The notes beneath the pieces are model-generated. The model saw nothing but the letters and a program-made list of their open reading frames with translations. It had not been told where the DNA came from and did no database searches. The position numbers and the translations under genes are program-made. Positions 24,501 through 37,570 of a DNA stretch of 64,000 bases are shown in pieces (within the stretch, counting starts at the first letter, position 1; every line of letters begins with the position of its first letter). Source of the stretch: Balanoglossus misakiensis (Eukaryota > Animalia > Hemichordata); contig CM082589.2 of NCBI GenBank assembly GCA_040954595.2, positions 1,913,398 to 1,977,397 on the forward strand. The letters are read 5' to 3'.

Positions 24501-27500
24501 TTGCGTGTTTGTTTTATCAACCATGTCCGTCTCGTTGTGGGTTTCATCAATACCTAATGAATCCCCGCCGTCCCCAAAATTAATAATTCATAATCACATT
24601 TCATATTTTGAAACCCCCCTTTCCCATGTCGAAATTAGTTCCTTCAAATCATCAGTAGTTGTCGGAACCTTTGAATCGGTTCGCCGCCGCGTCTAGTTAA
24701 AAAGTCCCCGACGAAATATGTGCAAGAAGCCGGAAAAACGCTCGGTTGTCGCTGATCAGAATTTTTTGTTGGGGCTACCTCTGTCGGGAAGAGGTGAACG
24801 AAAAAACAGTCGCTTGAGATTTGACTGGTCATGTGGTCTCTGTGCCGCATGTTTTGGTAACCGGTTGACGATAAGTACAGCGAGCGGAACACGAATTTGA
24901 GGATTTTCGCCCCCGGAACGAAATTCTAGATCCAGAAGGTGGTAGCAGTTGGACAGAATAACTGGTTACTGTGCATTTCGAAACAAAATAGCCGCCAGCG
25001 CTTATGATTATTGTTATTAAGAAAACAGCAATCAAGTATCGAGTATTTTATTCAGAATAAAGAATTTTGCTCGATTGTGTATGTTATTTGGTGGTAGTCT
25101 TTCCAGGTAATGAGTATTCGTTTGTTTTTGGTGTTTTGGGGCGGCGTGGACTTTACGAGACGCGCACATATCTCCCCCTTTTCAAAACCAATATTCTCGA
25201 TGGCCATTGACAGAGACTTGCAAACCCTGGACGCGTGGGTAATTTGCAAACTCCGAGTGACGCGTTCGCTCGTGCCTCTTCAAAAGTTTCAATCCAGCCG
25301 TGACCACAGCTCACCCGATCGATCACATCGACCCCAATATCTCGGTACAAGGTCCGGGTCTCCTTGAGTGCAAAGGTGAAAGTTTGCCGTTCACCGCTAG
25401 TTTCACCGTGCACCCAAAACATTCCGGGGCGACTTTGCGCAAAACATTAAAACGCACTAACTTTGAAATGCACATGACTACATTTCAACGGTTCCATTTC
25501 ATACAATTTTGCAATGTTGCATTTCGTGCGTTTACAGAAGTCGCTCCTGCAGTGTGTGTATTTAAACATTTATTTGGACGTGGTCCCTAGATTCGTGTTG
25601 ACTTTTTTTAAGCTAATGAATTTATTCATGTATTCGAGTCTCGACTCTCCAGCGCGGCTACCACTGAACATCTGCTGGGCACAGCAACGGGCTCCATTGT
25701 GACGATGTCGTCGCTGATTGGTCGACGGCACGCTCCTGCCAAGTAGCCAACACAAAGGTCGCGTGCGGAGACAATACGTGCCTTTTTATTCGCCTAAGTT
25801 GACGCTTCGGGAGTACCCCAATTCGTATTCAAAACACTAATACCTTTAAAACCGGCATATTTACATTTCTTAAGAAGGTCACTGTAGTGAAGGGATCATT
25901 CATGAAAGGGGGACTTCTTTAAGCCCCTCTTTTCTCGAGATAGCAAGAAATGAGCTCGGCCCATGTCAAGCCCTGTCGTGTTGCACGGTTTTGACCCATT
26001 CATTAAGCTATGTACCGATCGGCTGTGTTGCGATCGCGTGCCCGGCGCGTGGCTCGCTAACCATGTGTTGGGCGGCTAAGCGGGCAAATATTTAATTTAA
26101 TCCGTTCCAAAGTTTACGTTCCCATAATGATGGCAATACATCACCGATCCGGCGTGGTCCCGTCACGATCGGAGTATGCAAATTAACTTCAAAATTACTA
26201 TTTTGTTTCTTTTCTTTTTGCCGTGTTTGGAATGTTGCAGATACCGCAACGCTTGTCACGGCAGCCCAAAGAGCCCGTATCGAGACGAAATTTATCAGTC
26301 GTGACCGCAATTTCAATGCCCTCAAGAACATACACGACAAATTACCCACACCAACTTTGGTAGAGATCCGATCTGATCTCTAAAATATTGCATGTCAATT
26401 TGAAAACTGGGGATGCGGGTCGATCGATCGTGCGCGGCTCGGCTCCGCGTACTCGGTCTCAAGTGGACAAAAATACACATGTAAACTTTATCAAAGATTA
26501 AATATTATGCTACGTCAAACCATTATCGGAATGATGCAGTATTACCAACACGTGAGGCACTTTGCAAATAGAATTATACTTCAGTGTCTTCTAGCTCATA
26601 CCGCGAATATTTTATCGCCAGGTGCGCGTGGTTTGTGTTTTTTTGTCGGGGAGTGCGGTTACTCTTGTGTCGTCATCCACTGAGTGGATAACAAACCCGC
26701 GTCGCTGTAATCCGTGACGTGCTTCTGTTAAAAATAACACGAATGGGTGGAGAAGATGGATTGGCAGTCTGATCTTTGGCCGAGATCAAATATTTTACCA
26801 ATCTCGTCGACAAACTTTGCGGAGATTGGAAACTTTACTTCCTTGTGAAAACAACCCACCAGTCTGCTACCTTGCGGAAACGACCCTTCTGTATTTTCTC
26901 GGATAAAAGTACATGTGCAATTTTTCCACGAAAATTCCCCTTTTCTCGTTTGATTTTCTGTAACTTTTCGCAGTGATTTGGGTTGTGAGGCGGACGGAGT
27001 AAACTTTCTGTTCAAATTTCTAACGCTGTCAAGATGGCCGCCAAAACTATAAACTTAGTTAATTTTGGCGGTTACTCCCTTGCAAACCATATTTTAAGCA
27101 GTGCGGTTTTCAATCGAGAGATTACGTCTGGTTTGGATAGCGCTTGGCTAAAAACCACTTTCTCTAAATCTCAAAGTTTTGAAACGTTCCGATACGATGA
27201 CATTTCGCGCATGAATACATAAAAGTAGACAGCTGCAATTGGAAAGAAAAATCGGCGACGTCATTATCGATTGCCGGGACATAACGTTTTACCGTTTAAT
27301 ACGTTTAATCAACTACATATGACAAATCGAATTATTGATCAAACAGAGAATTATTTGCATATAGCGAAGCTACTTGTTATCGCGCTTCAAGATTCTATCC
27401 GAAGACGCGAAACCCTTTTCTCATTTACATCCCGCATAGACAGAGGTTTAGTGAAGATTTTGGCGGCATTCCTACATGCATTTTTCGACATTTTCAGCGT

Positions 27501-30500
27501 AGAAAGTTATTGCTTATGTCAAGAATATGTTTTGTTGCCCAAAATGTCGAAGCTCTTATCTCTAATTGCTTTCGTTTTTTTTCTTTTTCTTTTTGGCAGA
27601 TGGAAGGTTTCGCATAAGATGCAGAAGTCCTTGGCATTTCATGTTGACCGCGTTTTTGGAGGCACGTTCTCTTTCAACCATGCACAAGGAGTCACGACAC
27701 GTAGGCTACCCTGGCGGCGTTCCTTGAACCGGGACATAAAAGGTACAGTCATGGGTGTCACCAAACATGACCTTTTGTCATGGCAACGCGTCGGCTTCGC
27801 CAATTCATCTTTTTTTCAGGGCGCTGAAAAATGAGAGCGGATGGATTCCGACGGGCAACGAGTTGAGAAGTGTAATTCCAATAGTGAAAGTTTAAAAAAA
27901 AGAAATACTAATGCGCGCGGGCGTTGGCGGCTTCAAGACATAATTTGCATGGTTGGAGATGCGAATATTTTTGAAAGACGCACGCTACACAACGAAACGT
28001 TGCACAAACATTGAAACATAATTGATTCAGTGTTATGGTACGCGCCGCGCTGTTGTGCGTATTTCGAGGGCGTCTTCATTATCATGGACACGATAAAATG
28101 CAATCTTTTGATAAAATGCATATTTATTCAAAAGATACGACAACAGTAGCGCGACGCATGTTTATCTTGTGTGACGTAGGTCCTGTGACCCAAACACCGC
28201 TTCTCAGTGCAAAATCAGAATTGGCGTTTCTGATTCGGGCGCGCCGTGATGCTTACAAAGAAACAATTTAAGATGGCGAAAAGTTTGCTTTGGGTAGAAT
28301 TATTTGCATTTTTGGTGCGGTGTTATACGCATCGGTCGGTCCCAATTTCCCGAACGTGACCAGAACTGGCGACCGCAGGTGTGGATCTCAAATTTAGCCT
28401 TGAGCGGAGTTTAAACTGAATTGCTTGGCGCCCTTGCATTGACCTGGCCTGGCTTGCAACACCTCTGGTTCCCGGTCTACCTTTTCTTTTCGCTATCTTT
28501 GTTACCCCTTTTAGAACTCAGGCTGAACTTTTTTTAAGACGGGGTGACCAGCTGGCGTTACTTCATGTGATAAGGTTTTGATCTTCTTCGGCAAGCCTTT
28601 GCACCTGTTCATGTGGACTTGTCATAAAAGCGGCGTGCTTTGTACGCGCCAGTCTCAATCGGGGGGCTTATTAACGCCTTAGTTATGTTTACCGTTTAAT
28701 TTGCATCAGAATGCGTTCGCGTGCTTCTCGCGTGTATGTACCTGAAGTAGTTTACATGGTCGCCGCACTTTATGTCCCTCTCGCCGTCCCCCATTCCTTG
28801 TAATTGTTTACACTGATTGCGACCCCCGATTTAATTGTTACACAGCCCCGCATTGAAATGAGGAAGTGACCAAACACTTTACGAAAAAGGGGGAGAGATA
28901 TTTTCAAGAGGTATATCTGCAAATCACGTGGCGAAAGGGGAGGTCAATATTTTTATTCAGCAATAGTACGACCACAAGTTTGCCGACTTGACAGTTTTGG
29001 CACACACAAACACATCAACACAGGGCATGAACTCTTCAACTTCGAAAAATGCCTGTTGTAAATCTAGAAATTCAAGCTGCGCGAACTTTTGTATTTTGAC
29101 ATTTTCGGGGAATTACAACTTGAAGTCGCTTGCCCTTGACAACTGACAAGGGTAGCCCCACCACAATAATTTATTCGAAAGAGGAAAAACAGCGCTTGGC
29201 AAAGCGAACTTGTCCCTTCAAACACAATCACACGGAAATAAGTTTGTGGAAAATCTTGGCGTGCATCGACAGGACGCACCTGCTTGTACGCCTCGACAAA
29301 TCGCATGAATGTAGTCTGGAAACACGCCGTCTTTGAATTGATCGAGTTCTCAGGTCAAACAGTACATGTAAAACGATCATATCGTGCATTTTGTGTAGTT
29401 TGCAGATAATTGTATTTTGAGCGACAGGTCAACCTACAGGGTAGAAGATGTTAACCCGTGTCGTTGAACTTGGTCTAGTATTTCTATCTTGCTACGGGCA
29501 TGCGATATCGTTAAACTGTTTGTGGTGTTGGTTGTGGTGGCAGTGGCCACGTCCTGACTGATTGTCCGCCAGGAGATATTTGATGGTAGATCACAAACTG
29601 AACAGGTGCGCGAAACTAGTTACCTGCGGCCAACAAATGTAACACAAAGCACAACACAGAGATAGTTCATCATCATATGCAAAACGATCATCGATAGACT
29701 CTATTTTATTTTTTAAAACATGTTTCACGTTGTATCACTGTAGCGTCGTGGTATGTGGAACTGTGTGTGTATGTGTGTGTGTCGACCACAGAAATTGTTT
29801 ACGTCTCAGTGATACCGAGGTTTTTGGTATTTACCGATGTGGTTGTGATGGTAGCCGCCACCTGTACCAAAGCCGCAACTTTAGGAGAATCTCACCAGAA
29901 AATCCCTCGTCTCAACTTTTTGTCAGGTCGTACAATACGTCTCCGTCCGTCCTTTGTCAAGTTTAATTCTTTCTTGGTAATTTCTTGGTAACAAGCGAGC
30001 CACAAAAGCGTGCCACGTGTCAAAATCGATCGATATCCAGTCGGTACCATAATAGGACAGACACACCTTTGTGTAGTCGGTGGCTTTACATAATTTTTAC
30101 CATTTTATTGTTGACACTGTGTTCTTCACTTTCCGTTGAAAATGGACTGTGTGTAATTGACACGTCGGACCACATAATCTCATTATGCGACCCTTTTCAA
30201 TTTTGTGTATGGACAGCCGAACAGAGCGTTAATGACGCGTTTGTTCTTGGCTCGTGCACTTTGCAACCGGTATTGACAACTGTGAATGGAGTCCGTCACC
30301 CGGGGATTAAGATGGAAATACAGAAAGGAAAACAACAGTGGCCGTAATGTCGAAGACTCTCAAAAATGCCACGAGGCGCTTGAGCGTCTTCAAATTGTCC
30401 TCCGACTGTTTTGTCACCTGTTCGTCAAACACACCAAAGATATTCTTATCTGGTGTCTTGAAGACTTGTAGAATAAAGGATGCTCAAATCTCATCTCATC

Positions 30501-32669
30501 TCATAGCATGCCACATCTAAGACTGTAGATTCGATTGTACCGACTTAGGAGCTTATTTTTGTTTCTTCGCGAACGTTGTTTATTGAAAATATCACGAATT
30601 TACTGCCAAATCTTACAGTGCCGTATCCGGTGCGGAGAATCGATCTTCGATCGTGACTTCCGGACACAATTTTACGATGGTTGCCCTGTTTACAAGGACG
30701 AAAACGATCTCCCGGTGTTTTCGGGGAGAAAGGAGTGGGAAAATATCATGTCCGGTTCAAATCTGCTCGGAGATGTTCTGTCTGCACGAAAGTCATCTCG
30801 AAGTGGGCCTACACCCTTAACGAAGATATTTAAAAAAATGGACACCGCGAAAACACCACGTGCGTCCGAAGTTTGAGGATGTTATTGGTCCGTCGTAATC
30901 ATAGCAACAGTTTGTGTGTATTGATGTCGAACAGATGTCCCTGAACAAAAATGATTGATCCGGCCGCGTTTGACGCAAGCAGTCAAGTTTTTTCCTTACC
31001 CCCTCTTTCCTTTTGCCGAAAGCATTCATTGATTTTGAGTGCTAAAGCTTCTGGGCCGATCAATTGGGGGGGGGGGGGGGGAGATCTTGTGGTATTCCAA
31101 CTCACGCCGTATTTCTTGTTACTCGCCAGGTAAAAAAGTTTACAAAAACTGGAAAAGATTTCGCTCACATATTATCGGAAATTTCTGATATCAAACTCTT
31201 TTCCATAACTGCCGATTTCAGAAAATAACCAAGCTTATTTTCTCTCTTCTTCCGTTACAAGAAGTATATCTATAACGGTGAATAAATTTAGTGTCGCGAA
31301 ACTAAAGACGTTTCACAAGCTTCCCCTCAGTATGTTTATAACGTTTTTAAATATCTTTTCATATTTAATGATGCTCTTGATATTGTCCCGTAAAATGAAT
31401 GAATGAACCGAATTTGGGCGATGAATGTGGGTGTTGTTCTATTAAAACGGTGCTTAAAAGACCACCATTTGCTTCTCTTGAATCATGCGGGTATTTTTTC
31501 AACATTTAATTTCCCAATGCATCCACATCTGTCCATCCCGCAGGTAGCACGACCTTCGCGGAAATATAATAACCTCCCCCTCAGTTCGGAAGGCAGGAAG
31601 TCCTTCAAGATTTCTAAAGTTCCTGGACTCAACTTTATAGTGGCCACTGAGCCCAACAAACAGTCTGGTTTGGGTGCAAATTCCCTATTTATACGCGTGG
31701 CCTTGATGTCTGCGGCTGCCCAGGACCCAATCTGGCGAGGGATGTCACGTTCTCCTTACAGCCGCCACGCCAGTTCACCTAGGCGCACTTTTAAGGTGGT
31801 CTGTTTTTTCTGTCAACTTTTTAAGCGTCAGTTACTTTTAATACTGTGTCATATTTTTGCGTCTTCAACATGGAGTCACCCCCTCTCCCCTTCTCCCGCT
31901 GAAGCGAGGAAAATGAGTTGGGAATCCCCGACGTACTTTGAAGGTCACAGGGTGTGTTTGTCCCGACTGTGAAAAAAGCCCGACCTCCTCCATCAAAGGG
32001 GGTCTTATGTGAATGGAACAATCGGCGTAACACTGCATGCGAAACGTTTTACGTGCCTACCACGCGAATCCGTCGTGGCATCCTTTGTTGGAGACACAAA
32101 AGCGGCCCGTGCCACATCTTTTTATGGTACGCGAGTTTCAATAGAAACTTTATTTCAGTTTGTTATTAAGTCGAAGCCCCCCTGTTTGACATCACTCCTT
32201 TGGCTCCTCTGAATAATTAGGAGGGGATCACCACGGTTTGTTGACGGTGTAGTGGGTCGTTGCTATGGAAGCGACCGATACCGGTCGCGATTGTCCCGGA
32301 CCCCTCCAAGAAGCAAATTCCAAACACACATATGCTGAAACTTTTTGAAAAGTTTCCCTATTTAATTTCTTTCTTTTTGTACTTTGGAAACAAGTTATAT
32401 GCCTACGAGTTCGCAGTAATATTCCACTAATCTTTTCTGTTCTCGAAAATATAGGCCTCCTTCGATGTTCGGTCGATACGACCTTTCTTTTGGTGCCGAG
32501 AAAATGCCAATTAATATTACCACAAACAGGACAATACTGATTTTTTTTTCTTTTCGTGGACCGCTCTAAGAGTCTTTATATTGACTTGGAAATGAGGCTG
32601 ATCTTCCTTTTGTTTTTAATTTTAGCTTTCATTAGTGTTTGTTCTGCGGGATGAAAAGGTTTTTGGGTG

Positions 32670-32810
32670 CCACGCGACCATTGGGCGGTGATTGCACCAA
32701 CGGCCCTCGTACCTGTCAATCATACCGCGATACACGTGTCTACCACAAAAGGTCGAGCCTCTGTGATAGCCGCGGCGTGTGACTGGGTCGCGTCACGTGA
32801 CTCGGTTTTT
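32670..32810. promoter_or_regulatory. Candidate upstream enhancer or alternative promoter about 3 kb 5' of SoxC
   Basis: ATTGGGCGG (overlapping reverse CCAAT and GC box, about 32680), PBX-MEIS/PREP decamer CTGTCAATCA (32713-32722), CACGTG (about 32733) and palindromic E-box GTCACGTGAC (32792-32801). Confidence 0.4.
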
Positions 32811-35549
32811 TGGGGGAAAAGGATTTGGAGGCCCAGCGAGGGGTGCCGTGCTGGGCTTATCCGGTCGATTTGTGAATGCAACACGGCAGCAATTTGACGG
32901 ATAGGAAGAAATGATAATTTTAATCTTTGTCGCAGCAGGGGTGTTCTGGTAAATCCAGGAAGACCCCCAAATTCAGGCGCTGATGTTCAACTAATAACAA
33001 ACCGGGGCAAACCCAAACACACTTGTCGAGCTCAAAGTCAATATTTGCTCGACGTGAATTTGATCAAACCAACCGATCATGAGCTATTTTTAGATTGAAT
33101 GACAAATATTTTTAAGGAAAAAAAATGAAAAATCGGGCGTTCTTTGGATCATACTTCTCTGCTTAACTTTGCATATTTTTCGGTTTGTCAGTTTTTTTTG
33201 GTCAAATAAGACTAACTTCAGGATAGTCGCTCCACAAAATCGCGGTCTCTGGTTAGGGGTAGGCTGTTCAAAAAACTTCGCCTACCCCCTCAAAGCTACA
33301 CCCCACCCCTCTTCCATTTTCCTTGAACAAAGCTGACCCCCTCCCCATCCGCCTCTACCTGACGAGGCCATATTTTTGAGGGAGAATTGCATGAAGGTAC
33401 TTTGCCTTATAATCGGTGATTCGGAGTCTGTAGGTCAACAGTAGCGTGAAATGACTTTGATATCATTAAATTGCAAATTAGGGATCATAATGGAACATTT
33501 ATTATTCCGATCATGAGACCTAAAAGACCCCCTCTCCAAATGGAGTCATATTTGGTCCACAAGCTAGTTTTATTTTTCTGGTCTTCGGGTAGACGTAGGT
33601 CATGGGGGGAAAAGGAACGAAGAAAATGCTGGCTGATCTTTAAAGAATTGCTAAACCATTGCTTTCAAGTGGAGATTTTTCGGCCTATGATAATGTTAAC
33701 TTGTGTAATAATGTTAATCGGGTGCATGAATTATGAGAATACGACAGATTACTTATAAATTTATGACAGTGAAAGTATTGCGCATGCGTCTTCGGTGGAG
33801 ACCCGCCCATCATAACATTAAAAATGATAATTCAAAGATGATCCAGTCGATATCATGATAAAAACTTTCATAATTTTCAGTGAGCAATCATTCGTTGGCC
33901 TCCGTTTGTGTAGTGCGCCTCAAACCGACAGCTTTGGATTCTGGTCTGTGATTTTGTTCTCGTGGCCGCCTGTGTTGGCGGCGTCGACACGCTTGAAGGT
34001 GGGTCAGTCGTACTGGGGCGGGCCAGTCTACGTGGTACCGCGTTCTCGATGCCGTGGCGTGGCAGATATTCGCGTCTACGTGTTCACTTTCTCGTCTGTG
34101 TACTTCTGTTATTTTAATCGTTCCGCTAGCTCACGATCAGGCCATGGAAACCTATGACGATCGCTAACCCGTGCGTCCAGAATAGCCAATTTTATTGTGA
34201 TCGCGGACCCACAGCCGATCGTGAATTTGTGGTAGCCTTTAGCCCAGTAGTGATTTCAGCGACCGGGCGCTTCTAAACTTGTATTACACCAGCAATATTG
34301 TAAAATGATCACACATGACCAATTGCGTCATATTTCATGCTGATTTTTATAAATAGTGATACTATAATGTAGAAATTGCGCATGTACTATATATATGAAA
34401 CACTGTGGTCGCAGGTCAAGTCAAATGGAAATTTAAAACTGTTCCAAATTCCCAAATCGAAGTTATACATTCGAAAGAGATTTGTAGGGCATGAAAAAAA
34501 CAAACTGCATTAACTTTTGTGAAATCACTCTTTGCTCTAAAGCAACATTTTGGTTCCGTTGGATTTCCGGTTCTGTATGTCTTTCCCTAACATTTCGGGG
34601 CCACCGGAAGCCCCGCGTATCAATTTCCAAAGGGGTGAACGTTGCGCATTGGAACACCGTTTCAGTCGGAGCATTACTTAGAGCCAAATCATGATCAGTT
34701 TGACAAGCGCCACGCGAATTCGCTCCGCCCTTATCGCCAGTGTAATCTCTGGTCGTGATCGGACACCGTTTTCATGTCTGCCGCCATCGTTACACACCGT
34801 AGTGTTAGCCAGTTCTATTAACCCGCAAGAAAGCAAAGTAAAGTAAGGTGAAAATTCAAAAAGTACTGTTCTGTGTATTCCTGCTAACACATGATAAACG
34901 CACGTCAACTGTAATCTCGAAATAAAACGAAGTAAATCTATGCAAAAACCACAGTAAATGTGTATATATTTGTTCACCGGATTACGCGCCCAGAGTATGG
35001 TCAGATGATCGACGCATTGGCCCTTTTCTCCGGAAGGGTTTATGCCGTAATTATCGAGATGGCAGAGGCTTTTGAAACGCATATTTTAACATTTGTTCAA
35101 TTTTCAAGTATCCAGTGGCAATTTCTGTTAACACCAAAGCGTTGAAAAGTATTGTTAACAATAGAGCTTAATTATCAGATTCCAGGGTGGGAATTTTAAT
35201 TGAGAAATCTTTCTTTTCTCTCTATCGCGTGCCATGCAAATTTGGGTAAATTGCACCAAAAATTTATGCAGTGTCAAGTCTAATTATGCCAAGTAAGACA
35301 ATACTCTCTTATTTTGTCAGAAAAAAAGAGTTATTGACAATGGCAAAGTATTCCAAGCGCGTTGAGTTTTGTTAATGTAACCTGTGTATACTCTCGATCC
35401 ATTCCTTTACAACTTTTCCTATCATTTTTTTTCAAGACTCAGATAATTTGGAGGTTAGGGGAGTGAATTATGGGGAAACATGTGCGAAGTACTCAGTTCT
35501 TTTTTGGCCGCGTCTATCGCCCATCGTGTGTGTGTGTAGTACTTTCAAC

Positions 35550-35700
35550 GAAAGCCCGCCCCCTAGCTCGCTGTTGTTTACACCCGTGGCCAATCAAGTC
35601 GCATGGGCGGAGCCACGACTCTGATTGGTCGAATGCCAATGTGCGTGCAACATGCAAAACCTATATTTTGGCTTCGCGAATTGCTTCATGCTAGTTCCAA
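35550..35700 (+). promoter_or_regulatory. Probable SoxC proximal promoter
   Basis: GC boxes CCCGCCCCC (35555-35563) and GGGCGG (35605-35610). CCAAT boxes at 35590-35594, 35624-35628 (ATTGG, reverse) and 35636-35640. TATA-like TATATTTT at 35662-35669. No ATG between about 35700 and the start codon at 35859. Confidence 0.75.
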
Positions 35701-35858
35701 GTTGAGATCGCTGACTGAACGCACGAGACACTGGTGCGATCAGCCAACAACCGAGGCGATTTTTTTTTACCTCTAAGTCAGCCATAACCATCATCTTGAA
35801 TTTTTATACCGCGATCACCCTGTATTCCTAGTTTACCTGAGCAGACAGAAACTACAGT

Positions 35859-36935
35859 ATGGTTCCGCAGACGACGAATACGCCGAACGGGTCTCACTCA
35901 TCAGGACCGAGTTCCCCGGCCAACTCCGACAGTGGCAGCTCGTACTCGACCGACAGTGCCATGGATATTTCTACATCTGTGCTCGGGGAAGAGTCCCAGG
36001 GTGTTTGTGCCACGAACTGGAAATCATCCACTGGTCATATCAAACGGCCGATGAACGCGTTCATGGTGTGGTCGCAGATCGAGCGGCGAAAGATCAGCGA
36101 GTACCACCCGGACATGCACAACGCGGAGATCAGCAAGCGGCTCGGTAAGAGGTGGAAGCTGCTGAACGAAGTCGAGAAACAGCCGTACGTCGAAGAGGCC
36201 GAGCGTCTGAGGCTCTTACACATGCAGGAATACCCAGACTACAAATACAGACCACGCAAGAAAGTTAAACCCAGCAAGCCCAGCGAAGGTAGCAGCCGTA
36301 GCCACAGCTCGAAACATAAGAACCATTCCAAACATAAGAGCTTCAAGTTGACCCAGACGGGCACGGGCAGAGACAGACTTCCCAAACTCAAACTGACTGT
36401 TGATAAGAAATTTTCCGTCGATAAGAAATTCAGGGAGAGTATCAAGGCCAGCAGGTCTGTGGAGGTGCCCGTCACCCAGCGCACGCCACCTGCTAAGGTC
36501 CCTTCCAGCCCGACCGTCACGGCACCAGACTCACCGCCCGAGTCGCTTAGCTTTTACGAGGACTCAGTGAAGCCGAGCGACCACGCTATGGAGTGCGATA
36601 ACAGGAAACTCGACACAGTGCCAACCGCGGGTGAACCAGTCAGCCAAGCGTCAACAACAACCACGGCGGCAACAACGACGACGACGACGACCACGCATAA
36701 CAACAACAACTCCACGGCCACAATCGAAGATGACTTCCCGTTTCCGTCAAACTGGCCCGCTTTCGAACTCGCTAGCCTCAACCTGGGCAACCTTACTGAG
36801 GACCTTAGCCCGTTTACATCAGACTCTTGCAGTAGTTCTGGCACACATTTTGAATTCCCGGACTACACGACGCCTGAAGTAAGTGAGTTAATCGAGGGAG
36901 ACTGGCTAGAAATAGCGTCTCTTGTACCAAACTGA
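35859..36935 (+). CDS. SoxC: SoxC-group (Sox4/11/12) HMG-box transcription factor, single exon, 358 aa
   Basis: HMG box at 36033-36263 ([21 protein letters not shown]...[13 protein letters not shown]...[23 protein letters not shown]) carries the group-C signature WSQIERRKI. The C-terminal [25 protein letters not shown] matches the SoxC transactivation domain of Sox4/Sox11. The N-terminus MVPQT resembles Sox4/11 MVQQ. Kozak context is good (A at -3, G at +4) and the ORF is uninterrupted. Confidence 0.97.
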   Translation: MVPQTTNTPNGSHSSGPSSPANSDSGSSYSTDSAMDISTSVLGEESQGVCATNWKSSTGHIKRPMNAFMVWSQIERRKISEYHPDMHNAEISKRLGKRWKLLNEVEKQPYVEEAERLRLLHMQEYPDYKYRPRKKVKPSKPSEGSSRSHSSKHKNHSKHKSFKLTQTGTGRDRLPKLKLTVDKKFSVDKKFRESIKASRSVEVPVTQRTPPAKVPSSPTVTAPDSPPESLSFYEDSVKPSDHAMECDNRKLDTVPTAGEPVSQASTTTTAATTTTTTTTHNNNNSTATIEDDFPFPSNWPAFELASLNLGNLTEDLSPFTSDSCSSSGTHFEFPDYTTPEVSELIEGDWLEIASLVPN

Positions 36936-37570
36936 TGAGCTCAAGCCAATAACACTGACTTTGAACTTTAAAGAGACTATAGTGCCCATATTGCTATGTT
37001 TCCATGCATGCAATCGGCCGACTTAAGTTATATATATTTATACAGTTTTATGCAATTTTCTACCTGTGATTTTTCCAAACCAACTTTAAGAAACCGGTAT
37101 TCCAAAAATATTTGATGAGTTTATTTTTCATTTGGAATTGTATACGGCGGCAATCGGCTTGTATGTTTACATGCGTTCACGAATGTGGACAAACTTGGGA
37201 AATATTTTGTATATGGCGATCACATATTTTGGAATTTGTGTCAAATGGCGATGTTGGCTTCTGTTTACACAGCGCCGGTGAATAAGCTTCGAGCAACAAT
37301 CATGTGTGTATCATATTATTGTAGAGATTTTTTGCAGAATTAATTCTTCTCGCTCTTTTTGTACATTCTCTCTAGTTTTATTATGAAAAAATGTCTAATA
37401 TTATTTTTCTGCTCTTCCTACAACCAGCACTCTTGTGAAAAATGCATTTATTTGTAGCAGAGAGAGGTCACATTGGTGTTAGCGTTTTGACATGTGCTGA
37501 CTTCATACAGTTTTGTAAATTATCACGCTTCGTACCGTCTACACATATTTTCTGTGCATATCTCTTTAAA

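Noticed and set aside
26675-26689. Short palindrome ATCCACT-G-AGTGGAT (similar: ACTGACC-GG-GGTCAGT near 38440)
   Set aside because: 7-bp stems are expected by chance in 64 kb.
27271-27834. 187-aa ORF
   Set aside because: Non-ATG start, no domain signature, composition typical of non-coding DNA.
31403-31972. 189-aa ORF
   Set aside because: No recognisable motif or homology by eye, and no supporting gene structure.
36035-36882. Overlapping antisense and alternative-frame ORFs within SoxC
   Set aside because: Shadow ORFs of a GC-richer coding sequence.
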